Below are positions 16,196 through 19,097 of a stretch of DNA of 19,097 bases, one piece after another. The DNA comes from Tubiluchus corallicola (taxonomy: Eukaryota > Animalia > Priapulida), in the NCBI GenBank assembly GCA_030141605.1, contig JAQGDQ010000641.1, positions 1 through 19,097 of the forward strand. The letters are read 5' to 3'. The translations under genes were made by a program, and so were the position numbers. How positions within the stretch are numbered: position 1 is the stretch's first letter; every line of letters begins with the position of its first letter. The notes below the pieces were generated by a model that was not told the origin of the DNA, did no database searches, and worked only from the letters and a program-made list of their open reading frames with translations.

Positions 16196-19097
16196 ACTTA
16201 GATATCGTGGTATACACTTAGATATCGTGGTATACACTTAGATATCGTGGTATACACTTAGATATCGTGGTATACACTTAGATATCGTGGTATACACTTA
16301 GATATCGTGGTATACACTTAGATATCGTGGTATACACTTAGATATCGTGGTAAACACTTAGGTATCGTGGTATACACTTAGATATCGTGGTATACACTTA
16401 GGTATCGTGGTATACACTTAGATATCGTGGTATACACTTAGATATGGTGGTATACACTTAGATATCGTGGTAAACACTTAGATATCGTGGTAAACACTTA
16501 GATATCGTGGTAAACACTTAGATATCGTGGTAAACACTTAGATATCGTGGTATACACTTAGGTATCACGTATACACTTAGGTATCGTGGTATACACTTAG
16601 ATATGGTGGTATACACTTAGATATCGTGGTATACAGTTAGGTATCGTGGTATACACTTAGATATGGTGGTATACACTTAGATATCGTGGTATACACTTAG
16701 ATATCGTGGTATACACTTAGGTATCGTGGTATACACTTAGATATCGTGGTATACACTTAGGTATCGTGGTATACACTTAGATATCGTGGTATACAGTTAG
16801 GTATCGTGGTATACACTTAGATATCGTGGTATACACTTAGATATCGTGGTATACACTTAGATATCGTGGTATACACTTAGATATCGTGGTATACACTTAG
16901 ATATCGTGGTATACACTTAGATATCGTGGTATACACTTAGGTATCGTGGTATACACTTAGATATCGTGGTATACACTTAGATATCGTGGTATACACTTAG
17001 ATATCGTGGTATACACTTAGATATCGTGGTATACACTTAGATATCGTGGTATACACTTAGATATCGTGGTATACACTTAGATATCGTGGTATACACTTAG
17101 ATATCGTGGTAAACACTTAGATATCGTGGTATACACTTTGGTAACCTTAGTATTGGTATACTGTATCGTGGTTCCTTAGATATGTGATCATGATATCGGG
17201 ATATACACTTAGATGTCGTGGTATACATTTGATGGTGGTATACCTTAGATATGGGTATCACTTAGTTATCACTTAGATATCGTGGTATACTTAGATATCG
17301 TGGTAAACACTTAGGTATCGTGGTATACAGTTAGGTATCGTGGTATACACTTAGATATGGTGGTATACACTTAGATATCGTGGTATACACTTAGATATGG
17401 TGGTATACACTTAGATATTGTGGTAAACACTTAGATATCGTGGTAAACACTTAGATATCGTGGTAAACACTTAGATATCGTGGTAAACACTTAGATATCG
17501 TGGTATACACTTAGATATCGTGGTAAACACTTAGATATCGTGGTATACACTTAGGTATCGTGGTATACACTTAGGTATCGTGGTATACACTTAGATATGG
17601 TGGTATACACTTAGATATCAGGATATACACTTAGATGTCGTGGTATACACTTAGATATCGTGGTATACACTTAGATATCGTGGTAAACACTTAGATATCG
17701 TGGTATACACTTAGGTATCGTGGTATACACTTAGGTATCGTGGTATACACTTAGATATGGTGGTATACACTTAGATATGGTGGTATACACTTAGATATCG
17801 GGATATACACTTAGATGTCGTGGTATACACTTAGATATCGTGGTATACACTTAGATATCGTGGTAAACACTTAGATATCGTGGTATACACTTAGGTATCG
17901 TGGTATACACTTAGGTATCGTGGTATACACTTAGATATGGTGGTATACACTTAGATATGGTGGTATACACTTAGATATCGTGGTATACACTTAGATATCG
18001 TGGTATACACTTAGATATCGTGGTATACACTTAGATATCGTGGTATACACTTAGATATCGTGGTATACACTTAGATATGGTGGTATACACTTAGATATCG
18101 TGGTAAACACTTAGATATCGTGGTAAACACTTAGATATGGTGGTATACACTTAGATATCGTGGTATACACTTAGATATCGTGGTATACACTTAGATATCG
18201 TGGTATACACTTAGATATCGTGGTATACACTTAGGTATCGTGGTATACACTTAGATATCGTGGTATACACTTAGGTATCGTGGTATACACTTAGATATCG
18301 TGGTATACACTTAGATATCGTGGTAAACACTTAGATATCGTGGTATACACTTAGGTATCGTGGTATACACTTAGATATCGTGGTATACACTTAGTATCGT
18401 GGTATACACTTAGATATCGTGGTATACACTTAGATATCGGGATATACACTTAGATATCGTGGTATACACTTAGATATCGTGGTATACACTTAGATATCGT
18501 GGTAAACACTTAGATATCGGGATATACACTTAGATATCGTGGTAAACACTTAGATATCGGGATATACACTTAGATATCGTGGTAAACACTTAGATATCGG
18601 GATATACACTTAGATATCGTGGTAAACACTTAGATATCGGGATATACACTTAGATATCGTGGTAAACACTTAGATATCGGGATATACACTTAGATATCGT
18701 GGTAAACACTTAGATATCGGGATATACACTTAGATATCGTGGTAAACACTTAGATATCGGGATATACACTTAGATATCGTAGTAAACACTTAGATATCGG
18801 GATATACACTTAGATATCGTGGTAAACACTTAGATATCGGGATATACACTTAGATATCGTTGTAAACACTTAGATATCGGGATATACACTTAGATATCGT
18901 GGTAAACACTTAGATATCGGGATATACACTTAGATATCGTGGTAAACACTTAGATATCGGGATATACACTTAGATATCGTGGTAAACACTTAGATATCGG
19001 GATATACACTTAGATATCGTGGTAAACACTTAGATATCGGGATATACACTTAGATATCGTGGTAAACACTTAGATATCGGGATATACACTTAGATAT
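16196..19097. repeat. 20-bp satellite array, at least ~145 units, truncated by the right edge
   Basis: Unit acttagatatcgtggtatac. Scrambled patch near 17135-17290; strict 40-bp dimer from 18491. Confidence 0.99.

Larger units (their letters stand above)
14101..19097 (+). repeat. Segmental duplication, copy B (carries an extra retroelement insertion and an expanded satellite; runs off the window)
   Basis: Collinear with 6322-7977; offset 7779 bp at the start. Confidence 0.93.

Noticed and set aside
17135-17290. Scrambled patch within the 20-bp satellite as an insertion or distinct element
   Set aside because: It consists of indel-ridden versions of the same unit, most consistent with low-quality consensus or local decay.

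Overview
Eukaryotic, AT-rich, repeat-dense animal DNA (probably a marine invertebrate; this is inference). It contains two spliced genes. (1) Minus strand: two internal exons (3196-3330 and 705-1207) of an ankyrin-repeat protein that join in phase 0 across one ankyrin repeat. The donor of the second exon has been amplified into a 67-bp tandem array that reads as alternating 34-nt GT-AG 'introns' and in-frame 33-nt 'micro-exons'. (2) Plus strand: a secreted protein of about 840 aa (exons 8149-10575 and 11465-11544) with a signal peptide, about 38 Gly/Ser/Tyr 14-aa repeats and a C-terminal Cys-containing EF-hand pair whose second loop is split by the intron. One frameshift near 9030 is probably a consensus error. 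The ~1.65 kb upstream of this gene (6322-7977) is duplicated from 14101 onward, with its 20-bp satellite expanded at least tenfold, which predicts a tandem paralog beyond the right edge. The rest is minisatellites (24, 40, 94 and 20 bp), MITEs (piggyBac-like, hAT-like, Tigger-like and one unclassified family) and several non-LTR retroelement 3' ends, three of which share a covarying stem-loop. There are no prokaryotic features, CRISPR arrays or RNA genes.
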